Source of the DNA: an uncultured delta proteobacterium
GTDB lineage: Bacteria; Desulfobacterota; Binatia; UBA9968
Direction: 5' to 3'
Length of the DNA stretch: 64,000 nt
Assembly: GCA_963816145.1 (NCBI GenBank)
Contig: CAWFJP010000023.1
Coordinates: forward strand, 1 to 64,000
In this document: piece after piece, positions 9,337-19,540 of the stretch
Position numbering within the stretch: position 1 is the stretch's first letter
How the letters are laid out: each line of letters opens with the position of its first letter
Program-made: the position numbers and the translations under genes
Notes under the pieces: model-generated
Database searches by the model: none
What the model was told of the DNA's origin: nothing
The model's input: the letters and a program-made list of their open reading frames with translations, nothing else

Positions 9337-11085
9337 TCACCCCGTCTGCGGCGCAGCCGACCAACTCAATGCCATTTTTCCGGCCCCATCGGGTTTGAGT
9401 TCCATCATTTTATTGTGGAAGTCGGCGAGCGCGGCATGGTGCGCGATGCTGATGATCGTCGCGCCCGGCAACCGTTCGGTCAGCAACTGGTAAACGCGCG
9501 CCTGGCTCGGTTCGTCCAGCGCCGAAGTTGCCTCGTCGAGAAACAGCCACGCGGGTTTTTGCAGCAGCGCCCGGGCGATGGCGATCCGTTGCTGCTCGCC
9601 ACCGGAAAGCTGCTGCGCCCAATTCTGTTGCTCATCAAGCCGATCGGCTAGGTGAGCGAGCCCGGTCAACGCAAGCACATCGCGCACCTCTGAGTCGGCA
9701 AAGGCTTCAACGGGCGCCGGATAGCTCACCACCTGTCGGAGCGTGCCGAGAGGGAAGTAGGGACGCTGGGGCAAAAAGAGCGCGCGAAACTCGCGCGGTA
9801 TTCCGACTATTCCCTTGCCGAACGGCCAGATGCCTGCGATGGCGCGAAATAAAGTGCTCTTGCCCGAACCGGATGGACCCTTGATCAGCAAGCGCTCGCC
9901 GCGCTCGATGCGGGCGTCGATCCCGGACAACAACACGCGACCGGTTGGCAGGCCAAGCTCGAGGTCACGTAGCTGCACGTCGTCAGTCGTCGCGTCTGCA
10001 ACCACCGCTGGGCCGAGGCCGGCGCGGCCCTCCTGCTGGGTTTCCAATATGGCGTTGCGGAATCCGCTTAAACGATCGACCGTAGCCTTCCAAGAAGCGA
10101 AAGTCGTGTAGGCTTCGATGAACCATGAAAGCGCTCCCTGCACTTGACCGAAGGCATTGGAGATCTGGACCAAACCGCCAAGTTGAATCGCGCCGGAGAA
10201 ATAGCGCGGCGCGCCAACTACGAATGGAAATACCACAGCCGCCTGGCTGTAGCCGACCGTGAAAAAGCTCAAGAGCTTTTGCCGTTTCATGATCGCCCAC
10301 CAATTCTCCATTACCGCAGCGAAGCGGGAACGAAAACCGCGCAGCTCGTCCGCTTCGCCGCGATAGAGCGCGACGCCTTCGCTGTTTTCGCGAAAGCGTA
10401 CCAGATTGAAACGAAAGTCCGCCTCGTATTTCTGCTGGTTGAAGTTGAGCGCTACCAGCGGCTTGCCAATCTTGTGCGTTAGCCAGGTGCCGACGATGGC
10501 GTAAACCACGGCGACCCAAACCATGTAACCGTAGACGACGTAGGTCGTACCTGCGAACGAGAAATCGAGGGGACCGGACAGCGCCCAGAGAATCCCGACA
10601 AATGAGCCCAGGGTGACAGCAGCGTTGAGAAAACCCAGTCCAAGGGAGAGACTCTCGTCGACGAACAAACGAAAATCCTCGGCGATGCGTTGATCGGGGT
10701 TGTCAGTGCCGTCGCCCTTGAGCTGCATACGGTAGTAATTGCGCTCGGCAAGCCAGTCGTTGAGATAATTGTCCGTCAGCCACCGCCGCCAGCGAATCTG
10801 CAGCATCTGGTTCAAATAAATCCGATACACCGCGATCACGATGTAGATGGTCGCGAGCACGCAAAAGCGGCCAATCTGATGGAAGAACTCAGCCTTAGCC
10901 TTGTCCTGGAGCGTATTGTAAAAAAGGTTGTACCACTGGTTGAACAGGACGGTCATATAGACCAAGGCAAGCGTGAGCGCGATGTTGGCGATCAGCAGCA
11001 GCCATGCGCTACGCCGTTCCTCAGACACCCAGAATGGACGAAGCAGCGACCACAAATCGCGGCTAAAGTTTTTTAACTTGAACAT
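9337..11085 (-). CDS. ABC transporter, fused permease/ATPase (YddA/BacA/ABCD-like)
   Basis: DNPDQRIAED, EADFRFNLVR, Walker A GPSGSGKS, LSGGEQQR, LDEATSALD. Confidence 0.92.
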   Translation of the reverse strand: MFKLKNFSRDLWSLLRPFWVSEERRSAWLLLIANIALTLALVYMTVLFNQWYNLFYNTLQDKAKAEFFHQIGRFCVLATIYIVIAVYRIYLNQMLQIRWRRWLTDNYLNDWLAERNYYRMQLKGDGTDNPDQRIAEDFRLFVDESLSLGLGFLNAAVTLGSFVGILWALSGPLDFSFAGTTYVVYGYMVWVAVVYAIVGTWLTHKIGKPLVALNFNQQKYEADFRFNLVRFRENSEGVALYRGEADELRGFRSRFAAVMENWWAIMKRQKLLSFFTVGYSQAAVVFPFVVGAPRYFSGAIQLGGLVQISNAFGQVQGALSWFIEAYTTFASWKATVDRLSGFRNAILETQQEGRAGLGPAVVADATTDDVQLRDLELGLPTGRVLLSGIDARIERGERLLIKGPSGSGKSTLFRAIAGIWPFGKGIVGIPREFRALFLPQRPYFPLGTLRQVVSYPAPVEAFADSEVRDVLALTGLAHLADRLDEQQNWAQQLSGGEQQRIAIARALLQKPAWLFLDEATSALDEPSQARVYQLLTERLPGATIISIAHHAALADFHNKMMELKPDGAGKMALSWSAAPQTG

Positions 11086-11213
11086 GCGGTTACTCCGAAA
11101 TGAAAATGGGGCGAGCTAAGGTTGTTTACTGCGTGGCGTCCTCCGAGAGGTAACTAACAATGCGCCGGGGTCGAGGGTCGGGTGCCGCGGGGAATATCAC
11201 TCGTCACTTTATC

Positions 11214-11281
11214 ACAGGAGCTAACGGAGGAAACGGAGTTTTTCCATAAAACTCCTCTCCGTTATCTCCGTTACCTCCTGT
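11214..11281. repeat. REP-like hairpin with 9-bp periodicity (ACAGGAGnTAACGGAGnAAACAGAG...CTCTGTTnnCTCCGTTnCCTCCTGT); other copies about 4871-4937, 15114-15180, 30352-30417, 31310-31376, 34275-34341, 35481-35562, 45972-46039, 47143-47206, 47251-47315, 52278-52343, 53642-53695
   Basis: Inverted arms seen directly at about 12 intergenic sites, plus half-copies at about 30292, 41933 and 47084. Confidence 0.85.
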
Positions 11282-11391
11282 TAGTTTTCCCGCCCTTCGT
11301 CACTCGACCCTCGACACTTCCCGCTTACTAGCTGTTGCCGCGAAATTTGAAAATGCACGAGGAAACTCGATTTCGATTACTCTGACTGTCC

Positions 11392-12147
11392 TCACTTGCC
11401 GAGATGGGCGAGCGCATTGCGCATTGGCGCACTGGGAATCTGGATCACCCCTTCGAACGGCTGGTCGAGTTCGAGAATCACGAAGATCGCGCCGGACACT
11501 GATATCGCGGCTAGCAAGAGCGCGGTAATCGCAATGGAGTTGGCCGGCGCGAACAGGCCCCAGCTAAGGAAGATAATCGCCAGCCATGAGATCACCACGA
11601 TCAGCAAAGGCATGGAAACCGACCTGCCCGACTGCTCAAACAATAACCAGCGCAATTGACCGAGGTCGCTGTCCATGCCGACGGCCTGGGCCCTGAGCGA
11701 GGCCTGCGCATCGTTCTTCGGTGACAACTTCTGGATGGCTTTGTGCAGTTCCTCAATACCGGATCCGGCCGGGTCCAGTTGCACTTGCTGGGACCTTTCC
11801 TCCGGCCACATGCGATTGAGCGCACCTTCGACCATGCGGCGGAGCAGGACCCGGCTATCCGCCGACTCAGGCCCGTAGTTAGCCAACAAGCGATCGAGGA
11901 ACACGATCTTGGCCGCCATTTGGGTCACCTCATTCTTTTCGGTGTCGTAGGAGCCTTTAGCGGCCGCCACCAGCAGTCCGAGAATCAGCGCCGCCATCGT
12001 ACCGACCAAGCCCATGCCAAGTTTCACCGAGTCCTTGGTATCCGAGCTCAGGTGATGATCTGCAAGCACGCCGCGCAGCGCCATTCCCAACAATGATGCG
12101 CTAAAAATGCACACTAACACCGTTACTCCGATGGCGTTGTCACTCAT
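11392..12147 (-). CDS. DUF4239/bestrophin-like membrane protein
   Basis: GLVGTMAALILGLLVAAAKGSYD, LDRLLANYGPE, ILELDQPFEGVIQIPSAPM. Confidence 0.7.
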   Translation of the reverse strand: MSDNAIGVTVLVCIFSASLLGMALRGVLADHHLSSDTKDSVKLGMGLVGTMAALILGLLVAAAKGSYDTEKNEVTQMAAKIVFLDRLLANYGPESADSRVLLRRMVEGALNRMWPEERSQQVQLDPAGSGIEELHKAIQKLSPKNDAQASLRAQAVGMDSDLGQLRWLLFEQSGRSVSMPLLIVVISWLAIIFLSWGLFAPANSIAITALLLAAISVSGAIFVILELDQPFEGVIQIPSAPMRNALAHLGK

Positions 12148-12277
12148 CTTTTACACCTCCCAACGCAACCAACGTCTTGATTGGCAAACTAGATGAAATC
12201 TTTCCTGCGAATTTTGCATAACCAGCCAGCGGACATCGCCTACCTAACTCCAACACTCGAATAGTCCGTTCTTAAAC

Positions 12278-14440
12278 TCACTTAACCCAATGCAGCACAT
12301 TGCGTATTACCGACCACTGCGGTTGCTTGGGCCGCGCGTCCCGTCCGAGTATCCAGTGATCGTAAAGCGCCTGGATCGTGCCGTTCTTGCGTTGCAGATC
12401 GATCCAGGTCCCAAGAAAGCGCGCGAACTCCTGGTCGTGGCGCGCCACCGGGTAGGCAAGCGGAAAGCGAATCGTCAGCGGCTGCGGTACCGCAACCGCA
12501 AAGGCCGGGTAGAGTAGTGAAAAGTACGAGCCCCGTTCCGCGCTGAAGGCAAGCGCATCAGCCTGTGGACCGCGCCCGGCAAAAAAGTCGCCGACGCGAT
12601 CTACCGAGATTGGTACGAGTTCCGCCCGCGGGAATTCCCGCTGGATGATCTCCTCGACATACGGCAAATCGGGAACCGCCACCTTTAGCCCTGGCTCAGC
12701 GCGAACCCATTCGGCGCTGGAGAAATCGGCCCGGCGATGGTCTGGCACGACAAAGCCCAGCGTCTCGTCAAGATAAGGCGGCGAGAAAACCATCTCGTCG
12801 GCGCGCCTGGTGGTGACGGTCATACCGGACATGACCAGGTCGCAAAAACCGCCATTGACCGCCTCCGCCAGCCGAGCGCGCGATACCGGCACAAACTCGA
12901 TTTCCAATCCCAGTTCCGCCGCCAATGTGTACGCCATTTCAATATCCAACCCGACCAACTCGCCCTGGGAGTTGAAATAACTGTACGGCATCGCACTTTC
13001 CACATAGCCGACGCGAATCCGCCCGCTTTTACGGATCGCGTCGAGCAAGGATGCGCCGTCGCGCGGTTGTGGCCGCGGCTCGGACGGCAGTTCGTGCAGC
13101 ACGGTCGCGCGCACTGCGGTCGGCCTCAGGAGTTTCATTTGCGTCACCAGACGGTCCTTGTCGTAGACGCCGGCGCCAAGCACGCGCAACAGCCCGCCGG
13201 TCGCCGTCAAAGTCACTGCGACTAGGCCCGCAGTCACGAGCAGATAGCGCAAAATCCGCGCCGGCGAGAGGCGGATGCTGCCCGCCAAAGCGTAACTGCC
13301 GGCGAGCGCCAGGGTGACCATGTACATCGCCGATGCCAGCGTGCCAAAACGCGAGTTGATCACTCCTGTAGCGAGAAAGAGTTGAAAGGTGTCAGCGGGA
13401 ACCTTCACCAGGTCGAGCAAAAACGGCACGGCGACGTTGATACTGCCCATCAGGCTGACGATCCCCGCGAACACCAGCTTCAGGTAATCAGCGGCAAAAA
13501 GATCGGTATCCGAGTACCACGCGGCAAACAGCATAAAACTCAGCGAGAGCAGCTTGGCGGCATGGGGGAAATTGTAAAACGCCGGAACGATGACATCGGG
13601 CGGCGAACCCTCCTCGGACTCGGCGAACCCTTGTTCACGCAGCAGCTCTTTCGCGCGGTCGATGAGAATCGGCAGTACGATGAAGAGTTGGGCGGTCGTG
13701 AAGGCGGTCAACAGAGCATCCCGGGTCTTGTTCAGGATTTGGCGCACTGAGATCGGCGTCACGCAGGCCACGAACCCGGGCAGAATCCAAAACGAAAGCA
13801 GCAGCGTCATCGCGCCATAGCTGATCAAGTAAACCCGCAGTTTATCGAACTGCGCCGCGTCTTCGGTACCGATGGTTTGTGCCGCGATGGCGAAAAGACC
13901 GATCGGGGTTAAATCAACCGCAAACTGATTGGCCCGTTTGAGAGCCCGTTCGGTGAGACCAAGAACTTCAATAAGCGGCCCTTTGCGCTCGATGCCGATG
14001 AGCGCGACGCCGAAAAATACGCTGAACAGGACCACCGCCGGGACGATATTATTCGCCAGCGAGTGAAATGGATTGGCGGGTATATAAAGCGCGATGAAGT
14101 CCAGCGGTTCTTTGGCTTGGACCAATGAAGTGCTAAAGAACGAAGCGCTTTTTACTGGCGGAAACGCCAGCGGCATCAGCAAAACCGCGCCGATCACCAG
14201 CAACCAGAGCGCGCCGGTCAGGGCGCCGACGCGGAGAAACAGGCGACGCGCCTGGGGACCGTTCAGGCTGCCGATGCCAGCGATCAGTGAAACCATGACG
14301 TAGGGCAACACCGTCATCTGGAGCAGCCGGACATAGCCCTCGGCCGCGAAGTCCAGCATTGCGGCTTTCTCACCAAGGAACAAACCCGTGGCAACCCCGA
14401 GCGCGAGCCCAATAAGAATATTGCGGGTGGTCGAGGTCAT
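12278..14440 (-). CDS. Dicarboxylate/amino acid:cation symporter fused to a family-3 substrate-binding domain
   Basis: YVRLLQMTVLPY and IPANPFHSLANNIVPAVV (DAACS); IRVGY..PYSYFNSQGELVGLDIEMA and FSPPYLD (SBP3). Confidence 0.85.
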   Translation of the reverse strand: MTSTTRNILIGLALGVATGLFLGEKAAMLDFAAEGYVRLLQMTVLPYVMVSLIAGIGSLNGPQARRLFLRVGALTGALWLLVIGAVLLMPLAFPPVKSASFFSTSLVQAKEPLDFIALYIPANPFHSLANNIVPAVVLFSVFFGVALIGIERKGPLIEVLGLTERALKRANQFAVDLTPIGLFAIAAQTIGTEDAAQFDKLRVYLISYGAMTLLLSFWILPGFVACVTPISVRQILNKTRDALLTAFTTAQLFIVLPILIDRAKELLREQGFAESEEGSPPDVIVPAFYNFPHAAKLLSLSFMLFAAWYSDTDLFAADYLKLVFAGIVSLMGSINVAVPFLLDLVKVPADTFQLFLATGVINSRFGTLASAMYMVTLALAGSYALAGSIRLSPARILRYLLVTAGLVAVTLTATGGLLRVLGAGVYDKDRLVTQMKLLRPTAVRATVLHELPSEPRPQPRDGASLLDAIRKSGRIRVGYVESAMPYSYFNSQGELVGLDIEMAYTLAAELGLEIEFVPVSRARLAEAVNGGFCDLVMSGMTVTTRRADEMVFSPPYLDETLGFVVPDHRRADFSSAEWVRAEPGLKVAVPDLPYVEEIIQREFPRAELVPISVDRVGDFFAGRGPQADALAFSAERGSYFSLLYPAFAVAVPQPLTIRFPLAYPVARHDQEFARFLGTWIDLQRKNGTIQALYDHWILGRDARPKQPQWSVIRNVLHWVK

Positions 14441-15018
14441 CGCTCCAGCGCCCGCACGGCGTCAGCGATGTCCCGGCTCAAGCGCGCGAGCGCGCGGCTG
14501 TGAGCGGCGGCGAGCGCATCATAGCCTTTCTCTTGCACCGCTTCGCGCGCGGTGGTGCGGCCGGTTTCGGCCTTGCCATCCTTGGTTCGGCGCACGGTCC
14601 AGACCGCGTCCAGGATCGCTGCCTCGCCTGGCGCCGATTGGAAACTTTGCACGTCGACGCCGGCGCGGTAATCGGCATCCGCGCTCAGCGTCTGCGCAAA
14701 CAAGGTCACACGCGGCGTGCCCAGCATCTGCACGAGATTATCGGCGACCGCGCGCGCGATACTGTGCTGCAGCGGCGCCGCCCAGCGGTCGAATTCTTCC
14801 AGCCGTACTTGATTGGGGCCGATGTCGACGACGATCTGCGGGCGATCGACAACCGCAGGCACCGCCACCGGCCCGACGATTACAGAGATGTTAGATGACG
14901 CCGCGGCGGCTCCGCGCGCGGCGCTGAGGGTGTAAAAGCGCGACGGCGGCGTGGAACCGCACCCGGTCAAGACAGCAGCAAGGATACAGACAGGAGCGAG
15001 AGCGGTGAGCTGGCGCAT
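14437..15018 (-). CDS. pqiC: PqiC family lipoprotein
   Basis: Lipobox LTGC, RFYTL, VDRPQIV, RWAAPL; downstream of pqiB. Confidence 0.85.
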   Translation of the reverse strand: MRQLTALAPVCILAAVLTGCGSTPPSRFYTLSAARGAAAASSNISVIVGPVAVPAVVDRPQIVVDIGPNQVRLEEFDRWAAPLQHSIARAVADNLVQMLGTPRVTLFAQTLSADADYRAGVDVQSFQSAPGEAAILDAVWTVRRTKDGKAETGRTTAREAVQEKGYDALAAAHSRALARLSRDIADAVRALER

Positions 15019-15245
15019 TGGATTTTTACCTTTCAAATGTTCAACAGAACGACTTCAACGAGACAAGAATCAAGGGTCGGAGTGTCGAGGGGAAGATCAC
15101 TCGTCCCTTTTTCACAGGAGTTAACGGAGACAACGAGAGTTTCTGATGAAATTTTCTCTGTTACCTCCGTTGCCTCCTGTTAGTTTCCCCGCTCTTCATC
15201 CCTCGACCCTCGACCCTCGACACTCGTCACTCTTACCTTTTTAGC

Positions 15246-16913
15246 TCACTCCTCAGTCTTGCCCCTTATCAGCGCTTCGGGATGACGCTCCAAAAAGTCG
15301 GTCAATACGCGCAATGACCTGGCGGCGCGGGTGATCTCCTGCAGTGCTTCGCGCAGTTCCTGTTGCGCGGGAGCGTCCTTGCCGACGAGAGTCGCATCGG
15401 CATTCTTGAGCACCCCGTCGGCCGAGGTAATCGCGCGGCGGATTTCTTCGACCGTGGTTTTCAAGCCGGGCGTGACTTCCGCGTCGATGCGGTTCACCGC
15501 CTTGTCTGCGCTCTTCAGTGTTTGGTCGAGCGAGACGAGCACCTTCGTGACATCGGCGCCGATCGCTTCGAGCGGCAGCTTGTCGAGCTTGGCGACGATG
15601 CCGGTGATTTTCGCTTCGAGGTCACTAACGGTACTCGGCACCACCGGCAACTCCGGCGCTTCCTGGCGCCAGTCGATCTTCACTTTGGGAGCGTCGGGGA
15701 AGAAGTCAAAGGCGACAAAGAGCTGACCGGTAAGCAGATTGCCGCTGCGGAGCTGCGCGCGCAACCCACGTTGCTCGACCAGGCGCTGCATCAGCGCGTG
15801 GCGTTGCTGCGAGCTCCCCTCAAGCATTTTGCCGACCGCCGCTTGGTTCGAGCCCAAGTGGGCTAACAGACGCTCGGGGTAGGAAACGACCTCGACCCGC
15901 CCTCGAATTCTCATCGTCGCCGGGTCGATCGCGAGACCGACGTCGGTGACCTCACCTGCCGGCAGCCCGAGCAGCGTGACCGGCGCGCCCACGGACAATC
16001 CGCGCAGCGTTTCGTTGAAATACAGCACATAGTGCACTGCGATCGATTCGGGTTGCTTCATCGCCGTGGTCTTGTCAGCGTAGAGGGTGAAGACCACGTC
16101 TGCCGCCGCGGGCTCGGCCGTAGCCGCGAAGGGAGGCGTGTCAAATGCGAGGCCGCCCGCGAGCAGCGCGATTAGCGATTGCGTGCGCACTTCCACGCCG
16201 CCCGCGCCGATGGATGCATCGATTCCGCTCGCGTTCCAGAAGCGTGTGCCGGGTTTGACGTACTTGTCGTAGGGCGCGTTGATGAAGACCTTCATTTGGA
16301 CTGACTTGCCGTCGGCGGCAAGTTCATAAGCGATCACCTGCCCGGCCTGCAACTGGCGGTAGTAGATCGGCGAACCGATACCCAGCGAGCCGAGGTTCTC
16401 CGCCTTGAGGACAAACTGCCGGCCCGGCTGACCGCCGGTGATGATCGGTGCCACCTCGAGTCCGGTGAACTGGCGCTGCTGCTTTTCGGACTTGCCGACT
16501 TCAAAACCGATGTAGTTGCCCGACAGCAGAGTGCCGAGGCCGGATACCCCGCTCAGCGTAACCCGCGGCTCAACGACCCAGAACTTGGCATCCTCGACCA
16601 TTAAGCCAGCTTCGGCCTTGTCTATCTTCGCTGTCACCTCTACCTTCGAATGGTCGGCGGAAAGCTTCACCGCCGTCACCTGGCCGATGTTCACATCCTT
16701 GTACTTGACGAAAGTCTTGCCGGCCTCGAGGCCCTCCGCAACCTTGAAGACGATGGTGATGGTCGGCCCTTCGCTCATGATGCGCTGGATGGCAATGCCA
16801 ATGGCCACCACCGCTGCAAGAATCGGGATGATCCAGACGACCGAGATCCGTGTCCCCTTCTTCCGCACCACCGTAGCCTGCGGCAGTTCGTCACGATTGA
16901 TATTCTCAGCCAT
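15246..16913 (-). CDS. pqiB: PqiB MCE-domain protein
   Basis: SVVWIIP, AEGLEAGKT.VKYKDVNIG, FWVVEPR, GLRAQLRSGNLLTGQL, LERHPEALIRG. Confidence 0.92.
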   Translation of the reverse strand: MAENINRDELPQATVVRKKGTRISVVWIIPILAAVVAIGIAIQRIMSEGPTITIVFKVAEGLEAGKTFVKYKDVNIGQVTAVKLSADHSKVEVTAKIDKAEAGLMVEDAKFWVVEPRVTLSGVSGLGTLLSGNYIGFEVGKSEKQQRQFTGLEVAPIITGGQPGRQFVLKAENLGSLGIGSPIYYRQLQAGQVIAYELAADGKSVQMKVFINAPYDKYVKPGTRFWNASGIDASIGAGGVEVRTQSLIALLAGGLAFDTPPFAATAEPAAADVVFTLYADKTTAMKQPESIAVHYVLYFNETLRGLSVGAPVTLLGLPAGEVTDVGLAIDPATMRIRGRVEVVSYPERLLAHLGSNQAAVGKMLEGSSQQRHALMQRLVEQRGLRAQLRSGNLLTGQLFVAFDFFPDAPKVKIDWRQEAPELPVVPSTVSDLEAKITGIVAKLDKLPLEAIGADVTKVLVSLDQTLKSADKAVNRIDAEVTPGLKTTVEEIRRAITSADGVLKNADATLVGKDAPAQQELREALQEITRAARSLRVLTDFLERHPEALIRGKTEE

Positions 16914-17547
16914 GCGCACCCTCCGAGTTTGCCAGCGAATCCCAAATCAGCCGGGGGTCAAAGGACTCCGCCGCGATCATCGTCAACACCACCACCGCCG
17001 CGAAAAAAACTACCCCCGCACCGGGCTCGACAAACATCAACGGCTGGAGCTGTACCAGGGCAACGGTGAATGTGTCGACGAAAACATCCAACATCGACCA
17101 GCGCCCGATGAACTCGACCATTCGATACAGCCGGGTGCGCTCACCGCTGCTGCCGCGCGAGCCGCGCTGCACCGTGATCAAGAGATAGGCCAGCGCCACT
17201 AGTTTGCCGAGCGGGATTATCACGCTGGCGATCAACACGATGATCGCCAGCGGCCAAGATCCCGAGGTATAGAGAAATACCACCCCGCCCATGATGGTGT
17301 CGGAGTCGGTGGAACCGAGCGTGGTGGTGCTCAGCACCGGCAGCACGTTGGCGGGGATGAAACAGATTGCCGCGGCGATGACCAGCGCCCAGGTGTACTG
17401 GATGGAATGGTGGTGCCGCCACTCGAGCTTTCCGCCGCAGCGCGGGCAGTAGCCCGGCTCGGCCAAATCGGCCGGCCGCGACAGCAAAGCGCAGGTTTCG
17501 CAGGAAACCAGTCCCGCCTGGGCGGCAGTGAGTGGAGTGGTGCTCAT
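16906..17547 (-). CDS. pqiA: Paraquat-inducible protein A (C-terminal-type half)
   Basis: CETC/CPRC, IPANVLP, IGRWSMLDVFV, FDPRLIWD. Confidence 0.9.
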   Translation of the reverse strand: MSTTPLTAAQAGLVSCETCALLSRPADLAEPGYCPRCGGKLEWRHHHSIQYTWALVIAAAICFIPANVLPVLSTTTLGSTDSDTIMGGVVFLYTSGSWPLAIIVLIASVIIPLGKLVALAYLLITVQRGSRGSSGERTRLYRMVEFIGRWSMLDVFVDTFTVALVQLQPLMFVEPGAGVVFFAAVVVLTMIAAESFDPRLIWDSLANSEGAHG

Positions 17548-17599
17548 TGTATTACGTTGCTTAATCGTTTGCGCAGCTTTCGCAAAGTTTCCGCGGCTG

Positions 17600-18000
17600 G
17601 AGGGCGCGATGAATCGCGCCCCGACAAATCAATGTCCTTTCCGCCTTTTGCGTTTTGTTGTAAAACCTCGCGTTCCGAATCTCCTCAGGACAACGGCTTG
17701 AACGATTTAAACGACTGGAACGTGCTTTCTATTGGAAATTGCGATCCAAAAACATTAACACCAACATGTTTGGCATAACGTGCAGCCTAAATATTCCGCA
17801 AGTCGAAAGTTCTCGGATTCGGATATGCCTCCCGCAAAGGCGCAAAGAAGCCGAGTTCGGAATCGTTGTCATTTCGACCAGAGGGAGAAATCTCTCTTAG
17901 ATCCCTCGCATTCGCTCGGGATGACGGGCACCGCCCCGTCACCTTTGCGCCTTGGCGTCTTTGCGGGAGATCATCCGAGTTTCGGTTGCGGCCTTGCGGC
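17600..18000. repeat. Mosaic of nested REP-like elements between the two pqiA genes
   Basis: gggcgcgatgaatcgcgccc hairpin; ttgaacg 9-mers; cgcaaaggcgcaaag...ctttgcgccttggcgtctttgcg arms around a GTCATTTCGACC...GGGATGAC element. Confidence 0.65.
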
Positions 18001-18001
18001 G

Positions 18002-18646
18002 CTATGCTCCCTCTGCTCCGGTCGCGTCGTTACGCGGCAGCGCTTCCCCTTCGGCCCACTCAACCCGCTGCCAGACCTCGCGTGGATGGAAGGTGACCAT
18101 GATCGCGGCAAACAGGACGATTAGGCCGCCCACCGCATACAACCCGATGCCGGGTTCCACCGTTGCCAACTCGGCGATCTTGATCAGTGCGACCAGGATG
18201 CCTAGCATCATCACCTCACTCATCGACCAGGGCTGCATGGAGTGCGCCCAACGCAACATTTCACCGACCCAATGCGGCGCGGGTGGCCGCCTGGCAGCGA
18301 TTAGAACCGTTAGCATGAATATTACGTAGCTTGCCGGCGCGATCACCGCGCAGAATCCAACGATCATAGCCGTCACATCCTGCCCTTGCAGCCACATCTC
18401 GTAGGCGCCGCCGATGATGGTCGTGCTCGCTTGGCGCCCCACGGCCGAAAGCCCCATGAGCGGTGACGTATTAGCGACAATCAATACGATGGCGGCCGTG
18501 AGCGTGAGCGCCAGCGTGCGGTCGATCGAATCGGTTGGCGCCGAGGCGAGAATGTGGCCACAGCGCAGGCATCGAGCCTTACCGCCGGGCGGGAGTTCCG
18601 GCAAGCGCTGGAGCAAATCGCAATCGGGGCAAGCAATGGTTTCCAT
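18002..18646 (-). CDS. pqiA: Paraquat-inducible protein A (N-terminal-type half)
   Basis: IACPDCDLL, ARCLRCG, PWSMSEVMMLGILVALIKIA. Confidence 0.9.
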   Translation of the reverse strand: METIACPDCDLLQRLPELPPGGKARCLRCGHILASAPTDSIDRTLALTLTAAIVLIVANTSPLMGLSAVGRQASTTIIGGAYEMWLQGQDVTAMIVGFCAVIAPASYVIFMLTVLIAARRPPAPHWVGEMLRWAHSMQPWSMSEVMMLGILVALIKIAELATVEPGIGLYAVGGLIVLFAAIMVTFHPREVWQRVEWAEGEALPRNDATGAEGA

Positions 18647-18725
18647 CGGCGGGTCGAATCATCAGTAACGAGCGTCAAGTGACGCGGGACATCTCCCCTC
18701 GACACCCGACATGCGCTCCCTCAAC

Positions 18726-19226
18726 TCAAGGGGTGGACACGATATAGACGACTTGGTTTCCCTGAAAACCGGCCTTATAGAAAACGCCGCCGCAGTTAAA
18801 ATAATTGATGCCGTTGATCAATGTTGAATTGCAATTGGGCGGCAGGTACGGCACCGTCGAGCCGATCGGCAGGGCAGCGGCAGCTCTCTGGGCATTCGCA
18901 GCGGCAGCGGCAGCGTTTGCCGCAGCTGCCTGAGCGGCGGCGGCATTGGCGGCAGCAGCCTGCGCCGCGGCGGCGTTCGCGGCCGCCATATTCGCGGCCG
19001 CCGCGTTGGCCGCGGCAGCGTTGGTGGCGGCAGCATTCCATGCCGCTTCTCGATACATCGACCGGCGCGCCACTCCGGCGAAAGACAACGGCGTCCAGGG
19101 CATGCCGATGATCGCCTGTGCATCACCGACGAAGCTCAGCGTCAATGATGCATCAGGTTGGAAACTGGCTATGGGCAGATAGAATAGTGACGCAGTCATT
19201 ACTACAGCTAGTAAAGTCCTTTTCAT
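18726..19226 (-). CDS. Exported hypothetical protein with AAAAN/AAAAQ pentapeptide repeats and a small Cys-containing C-terminal domain
   Basis: RBS AAGGAG, signal peptide, TPLSFAGVARR, LPPNC..YFNCGGVFY. Confidence 0.75.
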   Translation of the reverse strand: MKRTLLAVVMTASLFYLPIASFQPDASLTLSFVGDAQAIIGMPWTPLSFAGVARRSMYREAAWNAAATNAAAANAAAANMAAANAAAAQAAAANAAAAQAAAANAAAAAANAQRAAAALPIGSTVPYLPPNCNSTLINGINYFNCGGVFYKAGFQGNQVVYIVSTP

Positions 19227-19285
19227 GGTTTGACTCCTTTAAATATATTATCTCAGCTTCTAACCAATTGAATCTTCCGGCTTTC

Positions 19286-19508
19286 TACCTTCGTGATCTT
19301 CGTGGCCTTCTTAGAAAATACACGCGCAACTTTGATGCGGGCGACGAATTCCCATAAGGCTTCCGTCATACCGGCGAAAGCCGGTATCCATCCCCCCGCC
19401 GTCGCCTGGATGCCGGCCTTCGCCGGCATGACGAATCGGGTGGGCGTGCAGGGGGCGGCAATTTCATACTCTGTAGACGAGCGTAAGCTCATGGTCACTT
19501 CGTGGTGA
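19286..19508 (-). mobile_element. Putative composite MITE with an internal GTCAT-type REP doublet; second, inverted copy at about 46582-46808
   Basis: Shared catgagcttaYgctcgtctacagagtatgaaattgcc end, cgtcataccggcgaaagccggtatcca..tggatgccggc..catgacg core and gtattttc end. Confidence 0.6.
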
Positions 19509-19540
19509 ACACGCTTTAACGATCATGCCGCAAGAACCGA

